NCBI GenBank assembly: GCA_047601445.1
Contig: JASGJH010000001.1
Span: forward strand, 5,344,001-5,408,000
DNA from: Myxococcales bacterium
GTDB lineage: Bacteria; Myxococcota_A; Polyangia; Polyangiales; DASUME01
Direction of reading: 5' to 3'
Length of the DNA: 64,000 nt
The notes beneath the pieces were generated by a model that was given only the letters and a program-made list of their open reading frames with translations, had not been told where the DNA came from and ran no database searches. This document shows positions 53,233-61,901 of this stretch, piece after piece (position 1 is the stretch's first letter; every line of letters starts with the position of its first letter). The position numbers were made by a program, and so were the translations under genes.

Positions 53233-53589
53233 GATGGCCGATGGCCGCTCGCAGATGGCAGATGGCCGCTCGCAGATGGCAGATGGCCGCTCGCAGATGG
53301 CAGATGGCCGCTCGCAGATGGCAGATGGCCGATGGCGCATGGCCGATGGCGGATGGCAGATGGCCGATGGCCGCTCGCAGATGGCCGATGGCCGATGGCC
53401 GCTCGCAGATGGCCGATGGCCGCTCGCAGATGGCCGATGGCCGCTCGCAGATGGCGGATGGCTGATGGCTGATGGCCGATGGCTGATGGCCGATGGCCGA
53501 TGGCTGATGGCCGATGGCCGATGGCTGATGGCCGATGGCTGATGGCCGATGGCTGATGGCTGATGGCCGATATCAGATATCAGATTGCC
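53233..53589 (+). repeat. Heptamer tandem array (GATGGCC/GATGGCT/GATGGCA/GCTCGCA), about 51 units; reverse complement of the 51082 array
   Basis: Direct reading; 53233-53568 = 48 units plus 3 degenerate units. Confidence 0.97.
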
Positions 53590-53591
53590 CG

Positions 53592-54644
53592 CTATTTCGA
53601 TGATTGAGAATCAGACAGAGGCATGATGTTGGTGTGGGTAACAACTCCGCCCACCACCAGCAGATCATCGGAACGACCGATCAGCGTGCCTTCTCGAAAG
53701 GCCAACACGCTGTAGGTTCCAGGAGGAATGTTGGCGAATCCGCCGAGGGCGGCGTTCTGGGTGGTACTTCCCTCGCTGACGGGTACAGGAAAGCTTCCGG
53801 GGATGGTATAGGGAACGCCGTCCGCGTCGTCCGATACTTCGGCGCCTCCGCGATAGAGGCGAAACTCCACGTCTGGCAAGCGAGCCGCCGAACAGCCGAG
53901 CATCACCGCGGAGAGGGTACCGAGCCCGGGGTCGATGGAGAGACCTCCGAGAACCGCGAGCATGCTCGTGTATTCATCCTTGCCTAACACCGACACCGAG
54001 AGCTCGTAGTTCTCCACGATGGGCGCGCCCTCGAAGTACAGTAGCTCCTGGACCTCCGCACCGGTGACGCGCACGTAGGGCCGCGCCTTGGACCCCAGCG
54101 ACCAGCGATAAGACAGTGAGACGGGCACCGGTTCGCTCACGGCGACGGAGGGTTCGCAAGGTTGGCTCGGGGAGAAGCACACCTCGAGCGTGGCGGCGCG
54201 GAAGTTGCCGTCCTTGAATGCGGAGAGGCTCGCGGTGAAGTGCGTGGGCGCCTTGCTGTCCGGATCCGGCCAGTGATAGCGACCGAGGCAGCTCAGCTCG
54301 TGTTCGCGCAGGGCGCATGCTTCGTAGCACTGGCTGATGGTGCAGTTCGCGAACGCGCGGTGGATGGGCGAGTACACGCCGCAGGCGGGCGTGGGTGGAT
54401 AGCAGGTCTTGAAGGTCTGAAAGCAACGGGGATCCTCGGCACAGGCCTGCTCTGCGCTGCTGCAGCTGGTGGCCACGCAGTCATCGCAGGCCTCCCCGGC
54501 GGTCTCGGGCAACCAGTGCCCGTGTTGCTCTTGCAATGCGTCCACATCGTGACGACAGCTCGACAACAGCAGGGGGCCGACGAGACCTGCCGTGCGTGCG
54601 ATGCATGCGATGGCGACGCTCGAGCCACGACGAACGGAGCTCAT
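53592..54644 (-). CDS. Cys-rich lipoprotein
   Basis: LLLSSC lipobox; CDDCVATSC...C...PRC...C..C...C; C-terminal GGFANIPPGTY beta-sandwich; ATGA overlap with the TPR-PEGA gene. Confidence 0.78.
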   Translation of the reverse strand: MSSVRRGSSVAIACIARTAGLVGPLLLSSCRHDVDALQEQHGHWLPETAGEACDDCVATSCSSAEQACAEDPRCFQTFKTCYPPTPACGVYSPIHRAFANCTISQCYEACALREHELSCLGRYHWPDPDSKAPTHFTASLSAFKDGNFRAATLEVCFSPSQPCEPSVAVSEPVPVSLSYRWSLGSKARPYVRVTGAEVQELLYFEGAPIVENYELSVSVLGKDEYTSMLAVLGGLSIDPGLGTLSAVMLGCSAARLPDVEFRLYRGGAEVSDDADGVPYTIPGSFPVPVSEGSTTQNAALGGFANIPPGTYSVLAFREGTLIGRSDDLLVVGGVVTHTNIMPLSDSQSSK

Positions 54645-55615
54645 GGCGTGGATCCTCGATGGGAGAGTTGGGCCGCCGCAACGGGCCAACGCGGTAGCCA
54701 GACATGCTGCTCTGGTGCCCGCGCGCGTGTGCCCTCCAGCGTCCACATCACGAGCGCGGACACGCCCAGGGCACCGCCGACTCCCCACAGCACGTGACTC
54801 GTGCGATCGAGCCGCTGCACCGTATCTCCGCCTGGCACATGGTCGAAGCACGGCATGCGCGCGCAGCGGTGCTCGAGCTCCGCGTACTTGGCATCGGCCA
54901 GAAGCCAGCTGGTGGTCGCGGCGCCCAGCGCGAGCGGCGTAAGCACCGTGGTCAACCAGGCCCACACCCGCACGTTCGCAAGGGTGGACGCAACAGGCGC
55001 TGTGTTGGAAGTCGGCGCAGCGAGGATCGGGAGCGGCTCGGACGAGAGGCTGAGCTCGATGCTGCTCGGCGCAGGCAAGTTCACGTTGAGCATGCGCTCC
55101 CCGTTCTGATATCCAGCCGCCACAGCGCGCAGGTGATGGGTCCCCAGAGTCAGCACCAGGTGTCCCTCGCGATCGATGGCGGCTGGCCCCCCGTCGACGG
55201 TGAGGACCATCTCGCGGGGGCGGGCCACCACGCGCACACGGCTTACGTAGCGCGCTGCGCGCTCAAGCAGTCCTCGCACTTGCTCGCGCAGCGTGGCGTC
55301 GAGCGGCTGACGGGGGTCGTCGAGCGCAACCTCGAGCTCCACCACGGCGCGCGCGTAGATGCCGAGGTTGAAGTCCACCATGCCAAGCCCGCGCAACGTG
55401 CGCGCGCTCGGGCGCACCGCATGGGCCTGCTCGAACAACAGCCGCGCCTCGGCCCAGTGTCGCGCATCGAACTCGGCCAGCGCCTCGGCGATCAAGCCCT
55501 GGTAATTCACGTCGGAGGCGCTCAGTGCGGCCTCGGGCGACGGGGTCGGGTCGGCGTCGGCCGCCGCCTGGCTGACCACGAGAAGCGCCACGCAGAGAAT
55601 CCACACCTTCGTCAT
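54641..55615 (-). CDS. TPR + PEGA domain membrane protein
   Basis: Signal; EARLLFEQAHAVRPSARTLRGLGMVDFNLG.Y (TPR); V.V...P....LTVDG...LGTH.L...A.GY (PEGA); C-terminal TMs. Confidence 0.8.
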   Translation of the reverse strand: MTKVWILCVALLVVSQAAADADPTPSPEAALSASDVNYQGLIAEALAEFDARHWAEARLLFEQAHAVRPSARTLRGLGMVDFNLGIYARAVVELEVALDDPRQPLDATLREQVRGLLERAARYVSRVRVVARPREMVLTVDGGPAAIDREGHLVLTLGTHHLRAVAAGYQNGERMLNVNLPAPSSIELSLSSEPLPILAAPTSNTAPVASTLANVRVWAWLTTVLTPLALGAATTSWLLADAKYAELEHRCARMPCFDHVPGGDTVQRLDRTSHVLWGVGGALGVSALVMWTLEGTRARAPEQHVWLPRWPVAAAQLSHRGSTP

Positions 55616-55620
55616 GGACG

Positions 55621-57075
55621 CTAGAACTCCGAGGAGTCGAGCTCGCCGGCGGGACTCAGTTCGCGCACCGGGGTCGGCGCAGAGGGGGCGGCCACGGACG
55701 GCGACGCAGCAGGCGGAGTTACAGAGACCGCCGCGCCGGATGCAACGGACCGCGCATCGGACACAGGCGTCACCGACTTGCGCTTGAGCTTGGGAACGAC
55801 CGCAGGCGAGGGCTCACTCGGGAGCGTAGGCGCTCGCTCGGTCTCGGCATCGGTAGGCGACGCCTGAGGCAATCCCGCCTCCGGGCGCGCGGCCGGCAAC
55901 GCTTCCGGTTCGATGCTGGGAAGCGCCGGCTCGCCCAGTAAGTGAGCCGGGCGCGCAACGTTTGGAGCCGCCGTTTTCACCTCCGCGGCCGGGCTGCGCT
56001 TGAGCAGGCTCGCCGCTGCGCCGAGCACCAGCAGCCCAAAGGCCAAGGCAAACCACATGCTGCGTCCGCGCGTGAGCTCGCCGTGGGCATACGACGCGCG
56101 GGCCTCCCCGAGCGTCGTATCCGACCCTTCGAGCCCGGATGGTGCATCGGTGCCGGCCGAGCCCGAGGCCGTGGTGGCGAGGGACAGAGGCAGGGAACTC
56201 GCGCCGTCGGAGCGGGGCAGCGCAGGAAAGGTTCGCGAGAGGAGCGCCGCGCGCAGCTCGGACGCAGTTTGAAAGCGCGCCGAGGGCTGCCGCGTCAAGC
56301 ACCGCTCGATGATCGCGCGCAGGTAGTCGGGTACGTCGGCGCGCAAGCTCGCCAGATCAGGCGGCAGATCGGAGGCGATGCTGAGCACCAACTCGGCGGG
56401 CGTCTCGGCCTGGAATGGCGGACGTCCTCCCAGGGCCTCGTACAGGATGGCTCCCGCGGCCCACAGGTCGCTGCGCGCGTCGGCGTGCTTGGCACTGCGC
56501 AACTGCTCGGGCGCCATGTAGTCCAGGGTGCCGAACACCTGGCCTGTATGCGTGAGCTCCGCGTGCTGCGCCGACGCGTGCTTGGCGACCCCGAAATCGA
56601 GCACCTTGAGGACGGGCGTTTCGCTACCGTCTCGCGCGAGAAACAAATTCCTCGGTTTTAGGTCACGATGCACGACACCCGCCTCATGCATCGCGATCAG
56701 GGCCTCCGACAGCTCTAGAAAAAGACCATGTGCATGCTCGACGCCGAGCACGCCGTAGCGTTTCATATGGACATACAGGTCCTCTCCATCGAGGAGCTCC
56801 ATGGCCAAGTAGTCGGTCTCACCGTCCGAGCCCACCTCGTAGATGCGCACCACGTTCCGATGTTGGATGCGCGCCGCGGCGCGCCCTTCCCGCACCAGCC
56901 GCTCACGGGCTTCCTGATCGCCCTGGGCACGCTCCGGCAGCACCTTGAGCGCCACGCGCCGTCCGAGCAGTCGATCTTCGGCCTCGTATACCTGGCCCAT
57001 TCCGCCAAACCCGAGCAAACGGACGACCGCATACTTGCCGTCTACTTCGTGCCCCGGATCGAGAAACCGGCCCAT
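55621..57075 (-). CDS. Transmembrane Ser/Thr protein kinase
   Basis: LGFGGMGQVY, VALK, HRDLKPRN, DFG, GTLDYMAPE; TM WFALAFGLLVLGAAASLL; Pro-rich tail ending GELDSSEF. Confidence 0.95.
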   Translation of the reverse strand: MGRFLDPGHEVDGKYAVVRLLGFGGMGQVYEAEDRLLGRRVALKVLPERAQGDQEARERLVREGRAAARIQHRNVVRIYEVGSDGETDYLAMELLDGEDLYVHMKRYGVLGVEHAHGLFLELSEALIAMHEAGVVHRDLKPRNLFLARDGSETPVLKVLDFGVAKHASAQHAELTHTGQVFGTLDYMAPEQLRSAKHADARSDLWAAGAILYEALGGRPPFQAETPAELVLSIASDLPPDLASLRADVPDYLRAIIERCLTRQPSARFQTASELRAALLSRTFPALPRSDGASSLPLSLATTASGSAGTDAPSGLEGSDTTLGEARASYAHGELTRGRSMWFALAFGLLVLGAAASLLKRSPAAEVKTAAPNVARPAHLLGEPALPSIEPEALPAARPEAGLPQASPTDAETERAPTLPSEPSPAVVPKLKRKSVTPVSDARSVASGAAVSVTPPAASPSVAAPSAPTPVRELSPAGELDSSEF

Positions 57076-57303
57076 TCGACTTCGTTTCCTGGCGCTGCTG
57101 CGACTCGTGCCGCAGGCATCGCGATGGCTCTTTCCCGGCCTCTTACGACGGACAGGGCACGCGCCCTCCCCCCGCCCCACCGGACTACACCAAATATGCA
57201 GAGCTCGAACCCCGGCAACAGTCAGATTTTGCAACCGCAAGCCGCAATCACCCCAACCTCGGTCCACGTGGACTCTCCGGCGCGCTGACCCTAGGGTCTA
57301 TCC

Positions 57304-58626
57304 GTGGACGATCTCAGCGCCGCTCGACTGCAGATGGCGACCTCTCTGGGGTTTCACATCGTGTTTGCTTGCATCGGCATGACGATGCCCTGGCTGATGG
57401 CGGCAGCCCAATATCGATATTTGAGGACCCGCGAGGCCATCTATCTGGAGCTCGCGCGCGCCTGGGCCAAGGGAGTGGCGGTATTTTTCGCGGTCGGCGC
57501 CGTCTCCGGGACCGTGCTCTCGCTGGAGCTCGGCTTCCTCTGGCCGACCTTCATGCGACATGCCGGGCCCATCATCGGGCTGCCGTTCTCCTGGGAGGGC
57601 ACCGCGTTCTTCTTGGAGGCGGTGGCGCTCGGGCTCTTCCTCTATGGCTGGCAGCGCGTGCCTGAAAAAGTGCACTTCGCCTCGGGCATCCTGGTGGGCG
57701 TATGCGGCGTGGCCTCCGGGATCCTGGTGGTGTCCGCCAACGCCTGGATGAATAGTCCGGCCGGTTTCCGCTGGGTCGATGGGCAGGCCCTCGAGGTGGA
57801 CCCCGTGGCCGCCATGTTCAACGACGCCTGGGCGGCCCAGGCCATCCACATGACGCTCGCCGCGTTCGTGGCCACCGCCTTCGCCGCTGCCGGCGTGCAC
57901 GCCTCTCGCTTGTTGGTGCACCCGAACCACCCGCTCCACACCCGCGCGCTGCCCATCGCGCTCGCCTTCGCCAGCGTGAGCGCGCTCCTGCAGCCCCTGA
58001 GCGGAGACCACTCCGCCAAAGACGTGGCCCGCCGTCAGCCCGCCAAACTCGCCGCCATGGAGGCGCTCTACCGAACCGAGCGCGGCGCGCCCCTGCTCAT
58101 CGGAGGTTTGCCCGATGATCGCAGCGAGCAGGTCCATTTTGGCGTGGAGGTTCCCTATGCGCTCAGCGTGCTGGCCTTCGGCGACCCCGAGGCCGAAGTA
58201 CGAGGACTCACCAGCTTCCCACCCGACCTGCGTCCCCCAACCCTGATTTGCCACCTGGCTTTCCAGATCATGGTGGGGGCCGGCAGCGTGTTGGCCATGC
58301 TGGGGCTCGTCTACGCGTACTTTCGCCGGAAGCGCCTCCATGAGCAGCTGCCGCGCTGGTTCTTGCGCAGCCTCGCGCTCTGCACGCCGCTCGGGTTCTT
58401 GGCCGTGGAGGCCGGCTGGACGGTCACGGAGGTGGGGCGACAACCTTTCATCATCTACGGCGTGATGCGCACCAAGGACGCGGTCTCGCCCATGCCGGGA
58501 TTGATCTGGCCGCTCGTGATGTCGCTCGTGGTGTACGCCGTCCTGGTGACGGTGGTCACCGCCATCAGCGTGCGACTCGTGCGCACGCTCGAAGCCAAGC
58601 ACCTGCCCGGAGCCGAACATGGCTGA
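57304..58626 (+). CDS. cydA: Cytochrome bd ubiquinol oxidase subunit I (short Q-loop, CioA-like)
   Basis: ARLQMA..LGFHIVF, FAVGAVSGT, EG.AFFLEA, NAWMNSP, QPAKLAAME, AGW.VTEVGRQP. Confidence 0.95.
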   Translation: MDDLSAARLQMATSLGFHIVFACIGMTMPWLMAAAQYRYLRTREAIYLELARAWAKGVAVFFAVGAVSGTVLSLELGFLWPTFMRHAGPIIGLPFSWEGTAFFLEAVALGLFLYGWQRVPEKVHFASGILVGVCGVASGILVVSANAWMNSPAGFRWVDGQALEVDPVAAMFNDAWAAQAIHMTLAAFVATAFAAAGVHASRLLVHPNHPLHTRALPIALAFASVSALLQPLSGDHSAKDVARRQPAKLAAMEALYRTERGAPLLIGGLPDDRSEQVHFGVEVPYALSVLAFGDPEAEVRGLTSFPPDLRPPTLICHLAFQIMVGAGSVLAMLGLVYAYFRRKRLHEQLPRWFLRSLALCTPLGFLAVEAGWTVTEVGRQPFIIYGVMRTKDAVSPMPGLIWPLVMSLVVYAVLVTVVTAISVRLVRTLEAKHLPGAEHG

Positions 58627-59632
58627 GCTCGTGCTCCTGGTGACGCTGGTGGCCGTGGTGCTCTACGCGGTGTTCGGCGGCGCGGACTTTGGGGCCGGCA
58701 TCATCGAGCCGCTGCTGCCGCGCGCCTACCGCAGCAAGATCGACGCCGCGCTGCTGCCCGTGTGGGAGGCCAATCACGTCTGGCTGGTGATCGCCGCCGT
58801 GGTCTGCTTCGTCGCCTTCCCGCCGTTCTTCTCGGTCATCGCCACCTATCTGCACATCCCTATCCTGTTTCTGTTGCTGGGCATCGTGGCGCGCGGAAGC
58901 GCCTTCACCTTTCGGCACTACGACCCCGCCAGCACCGAACAAAGCGCGCACTACGCCTGGTACAGCTGGGTGTTCAGCTTCGGCAGCCTGCTCGCCCCAC
59001 TGTTCCTTGGCGTGATGGCCGCGGCGCTGGTGCAAGGCGAGCTACCCGACCCGAGCGCGCCGCCGTCAGGCTCCTTCTACACACTCTTCGTGGCGCCCTG
59101 GAACACGCCACTGTGCTGGCTCGCGGGCGTCTTCACGTGCGCCCTGTTCGCGTTCGAGGGTTCCGCCCTGTTGGCCGCCGAGTACGGGCGCGAGGACACG
59201 CGCTTGCCCTTGCTCGGGCTCACGCGGCGGCTGCACTTCGTGGCCATCGGAGCCGGCTTCTGCGTGCTCGTACTGCTTTGGCTTCAGCCGTGGGCCCGCA
59301 GCTTCTTCACGCGCCCACTCAGCCTGGGTGCGCTGCTCGCGGCCACCTTGCTGGTTCCTCTCGTCGCCTGGTCCTTCGGACACGGCAAGGTGTGGACGCT
59401 GCGCATCGCCACGGGCGCGCAGGTCGCGGCCGTGCTCGTGGGCTGCTTCGGCGCGCACTACCCGGTACTCGTCCGCTTCTCGAGTGGACGTACGCTCGAG
59501 CTCACCGAAGTGAGCGCGCCGCGCGCGACTCTCTACACCTTGCTCATCGCCCTCGGCGTGGGGCTCGCGCTGATTGGGCCCGCCCTGGTGTACCTACTCA
59601 AGGTGTTCAAGGGCACGCCCGCCGCGCGCTGA
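58619..59632 (+). CDS. cydB: Cytochrome bd ubiquinol oxidase subunit II
   Basis: LYAVFGGADFGAG, PVWEANHVWL, GIVARGSAFTFR; overlaps the cydA end. Confidence 0.93.
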   Translation: MAELVLLVTLVAVVLYAVFGGADFGAGIIEPLLPRAYRSKIDAALLPVWEANHVWLVIAAVVCFVAFPPFFSVIATYLHIPILFLLLGIVARGSAFTFRHYDPASTEQSAHYAWYSWVFSFGSLLAPLFLGVMAAALVQGELPDPSAPPSGSFYTLFVAPWNTPLCWLAGVFTCALFAFEGSALLAAEYGREDTRLPLLGLTRRLHFVAIGAGFCVLVLLWLQPWARSFFTRPLSLGALLAATLLVPLVAWSFGHGKVWTLRIATGAQVAAVLVGCFGAHYPVLVRFSSGRTLELTEVSAPRATLYTLLIALGVGLALIGPALVYLLKVFKGTPAAR

Positions 59633-59653
59633 AGCGCGCCGTTCAGGCACAGC

Positions 59654-61015
59654 TTACTCGGCGACGTGTTGCGCAGACGCGTGCCGGGGGTGCGCGCGCA
59701 CCTTGAGTCCGCCCTTGGGCCGCAACGTGATCAAGCCCTCGGGCTCCAGGGGCCGAGCACTCAAGGGCTCGAAGCGAAAGTGCTGGGCCAGGTGAGCCAG
59801 CAAGATCTGCCCCTCCATCAGCGCGAAGTGGTTGCCGATGCACACGCGAGCACCGCCGCCGAAGGGCAGGTACGCCCCCTTGTTCCAGCGCTGGCTCTCT
59901 GCGGGCGCAAAGCGTTCCGGCTCGAAAGCCTGCGGATTCTCGAAATACTCGGGGTCACGCTGCATGCCGAGGATGTTCACGATCACGAGCTCTCCGCGCG
60001 ACACGCGCACGCCATCGATCTCCACGTCGCGCTGGGCGCGTCGGGTGAGCAGGTAGGCCGGCGGATAGAGTCGCATGGCCTCCTTGAGGACCTGCAGCGC
60101 ATAGGGAAGGTTCGGCAGGTCGTCCACGTTCGGGATGCGCCCGCCGAGCACGCGGTCGAGCTCTTGCTCGAGTCGCACACGCACCTCGGGATGGCGCGCC
60201 AAGAGGGCGAAGGTCCAGGTGAGCGCGTTGGCCGTGGTCTCGTGTCCCGCCAGCATCACCGTCATGGCTTCGTCGCGCACCTGCTTGTCGGCCATGCCGC
60301 CCTGGTCGTCTGGTTCGCGGGCCAGCAAGAGCATGGAGAGCACGTCCCCACGATCGATCTCGCTCTTGCGGCGCTCTTCGATCAAGCGGTACACCACGCG
60401 GTCGAGGCGGCGTACCGCACGGCGCATGCGCAGGTTCTGCGGCGACGGAAAGCCGGGCGGCAGCGGCAACGCGGACGTGAGCTGGGCCATCATCGCATGC
60501 ATGGCCTCCGTGAGAGCCTCCCCCACTGCGGCGGCGTCACCGCTGACGTCCGCGTCGAACAGGGTCTTGCCCACGATTTCGAAGGTGAGCTGCATCATCT
60601 CCTCGGCCAGGTCGAGCTCCGCGTGCGGCGCGATGCGCTTGCGCGCGCGCTCCGCGTAGGTCCCGAAGGTCTCGGCATAGCCCGCGATGCGCTTGTGCAT
60701 GAAGGCCGGTGCGAGCAGGCGACGCTGGCGCTTGTGGAAGGCCCCCTCGCTGGTCAACAGCCCCTCGCCCAACATCGGCTTGGCGAAGATCGAGAGCCCG
60801 AAGCCCTTGTGGAACGCGTCTGCGTGCTCCACCAACACGCCGTGGGCGAAACCGGGCGTGCTCACGAGCAGAGCCGGAAACACGCCCATCCGCAGGCGCG
60901 CGAGCGGGCCCACGTCGCGCACGGCGCGCAGCAAGAGACCGACGCGGTCTTCGCGCAGCTCCGCCAGGTTGCCGAACAACATACCGCCAGGAACGCGGGG
61001 TAGGTCCGTGCGCAT
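59654..61015 (-). CDS. Cytochrome P450
   Basis: AGHETTA, KEAMRLYPP, FEPERF, FGGGARVCIG heme Cys. Confidence 0.97.
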   Translation of the reverse strand: MRTDLPRVPGGMLFGNLAELREDRVGLLLRAVRDVGPLARLRMGVFPALLVSTPGFAHGVLVEHADAFHKGFGLSIFAKPMLGEGLLTSEGAFHKRQRRLLAPAFMHKRIAGYAETFGTYAERARKRIAPHAELDLAEEMMQLTFEIVGKTLFDADVSGDAAAVGEALTEAMHAMMAQLTSALPLPPGFPSPQNLRMRRAVRRLDRVVYRLIEERRKSEIDRGDVLSMLLLAREPDDQGGMADKQVRDEAMTVMLAGHETTANALTWTFALLARHPEVRVRLEQELDRVLGGRIPNVDDLPNLPYALQVLKEAMRLYPPAYLLTRRAQRDVEIDGVRVSRGELVIVNILGMQRDPEYFENPQAFEPERFAPAESQRWNKGAYLPFGGGARVCIGNHFALMEGQILLAHLAQHFRFEPLSARPLEPEGLITLRPKGGLKVRAHPRHASAQHVAE

Positions 61016-61091
61016 CGAGTGCTCCTCCTTTGTGCGCCGCCATCGAGGGGACGGTTTTTCGCTTTTTCGATTTCTGGCTACGTCTTTCACT

Positions 61092-61124
61092 ATGCGAGCT
61101 ATCGCTCATGTTTCATACTCGCAT
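61092..61124. promoter_or_regulatory. Inverted repeat ATGCGAG...CTCGCAT, candidate TetR operator
   Basis: In the AT-richer spacer between divergent P450 and TetR genes. Confidence 0.5.
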
Positions 61125-61140
61125 TGGGGAGCGCTCGAAG

Positions 61141-61791
61141 ATGCCGACCAAAGTCCGCACGAATCCCAGGAAACAGGCCTCTCAAGACCGCTCGCGCGCC
61201 ACCGTGTCCGCCATCTTGCGAGCGACAGCTCGTGTTTTGATTCGGGACGGCTACGACCGCGCGAGTACCAATCGCATCGCGGCCCAGGCGGGAGTCAGCG
61301 TGGGGTCGCTCTATCAGTACTTCCCGAGCAAGGAGGCGCTGGTGGCTGCACTGGCGGCGGAGCATGCCCAGGAGATCGCGACGCTCTTGCAAGCCGAGAT
61401 GCAAACCATGCTGGCGGCGCCGCTCGAGCAGGCCATCGAACGCGTGGTGCGCTTGATGGTGGAGGCCCATGCGATCCATCCGCAGCTGCACAAGGTGTTG
61501 GCCGAGGAAGTGCCGCGCTTCCGTGGCGGTGATGGCATGATGCGCGACGTGGAGGACGAGATGGTGCGGCTCGCGCGCGCCGTGCTCTCCGCGCGCAAGG
61601 GCGAGCTCGCACTGTACAACGCGCGCGCCTCGGCCCGAGAACAGGAAGAGGCGCTGGACCTGGCGGCGTTCATGGTGGTCACACTGATCGAGTCGCTCAC
61701 CCATCGCGCGGTGCTGCACCGCCAGGACTTGCTCGGGGAGCGCTTCGTCCGTGAAGTCACCAAGCTGGTCACGGGCTACCTCAGGCAGTGA
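61141..61791 (+). CDS. TetR/AcrR family transcriptional regulator
   Basis: QDRSRATVSAILRAT..VL...GY..ASTNRIA..AGVSVGSLYQYFPSKEAL. Confidence 0.93.
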   Translation: MPTKVRTNPRKQASQDRSRATVSAILRATARVLIRDGYDRASTNRIAAQAGVSVGSLYQYFPSKEALVAALAAEHAQEIATLLQAEMQTMLAAPLEQAIERVVRLMVEAHAIHPQLHKVLAEEVPRFRGGDGMMRDVEDEMVRLARAVLSARKGELALYNARASAREQEEALDLAAFMVVTLIESLTHRAVLHRQDLLGERFVREVTKLVTGYLRQ

Positions 61792-61828
61792 CGGGCGTCC
61801 CCAAGGCGATGAAACGAGAACCGTCCCC

Positions 61829-61877
61829 GCCCGGGAGCAACGTGAGAAACCCGGGTTTGCGCGGGGTTTTCCGGGCG
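61829..61877. other. Long imperfect hairpin after tetR
   Basis: GCCCGGG...AAACCCGGGTTT...TCCGGGC. Confidence 0.4.
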
Positions 61878-61901
61878 TGTTAAGGGCTATTGAGGGGAAG
61901 G

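Noticed and set aside
51023..53542. ORFs encoding MADGRW/PSAIGHR repeats
   Set aside because: These are translations of the heptamer arrays; period 7 gives the same peptide in all three frames, so there is no evidence of coding
51082..53589. Possible CRISPR array
   Set aside because: Contiguous 7-mers without unique spacers; no cas genes
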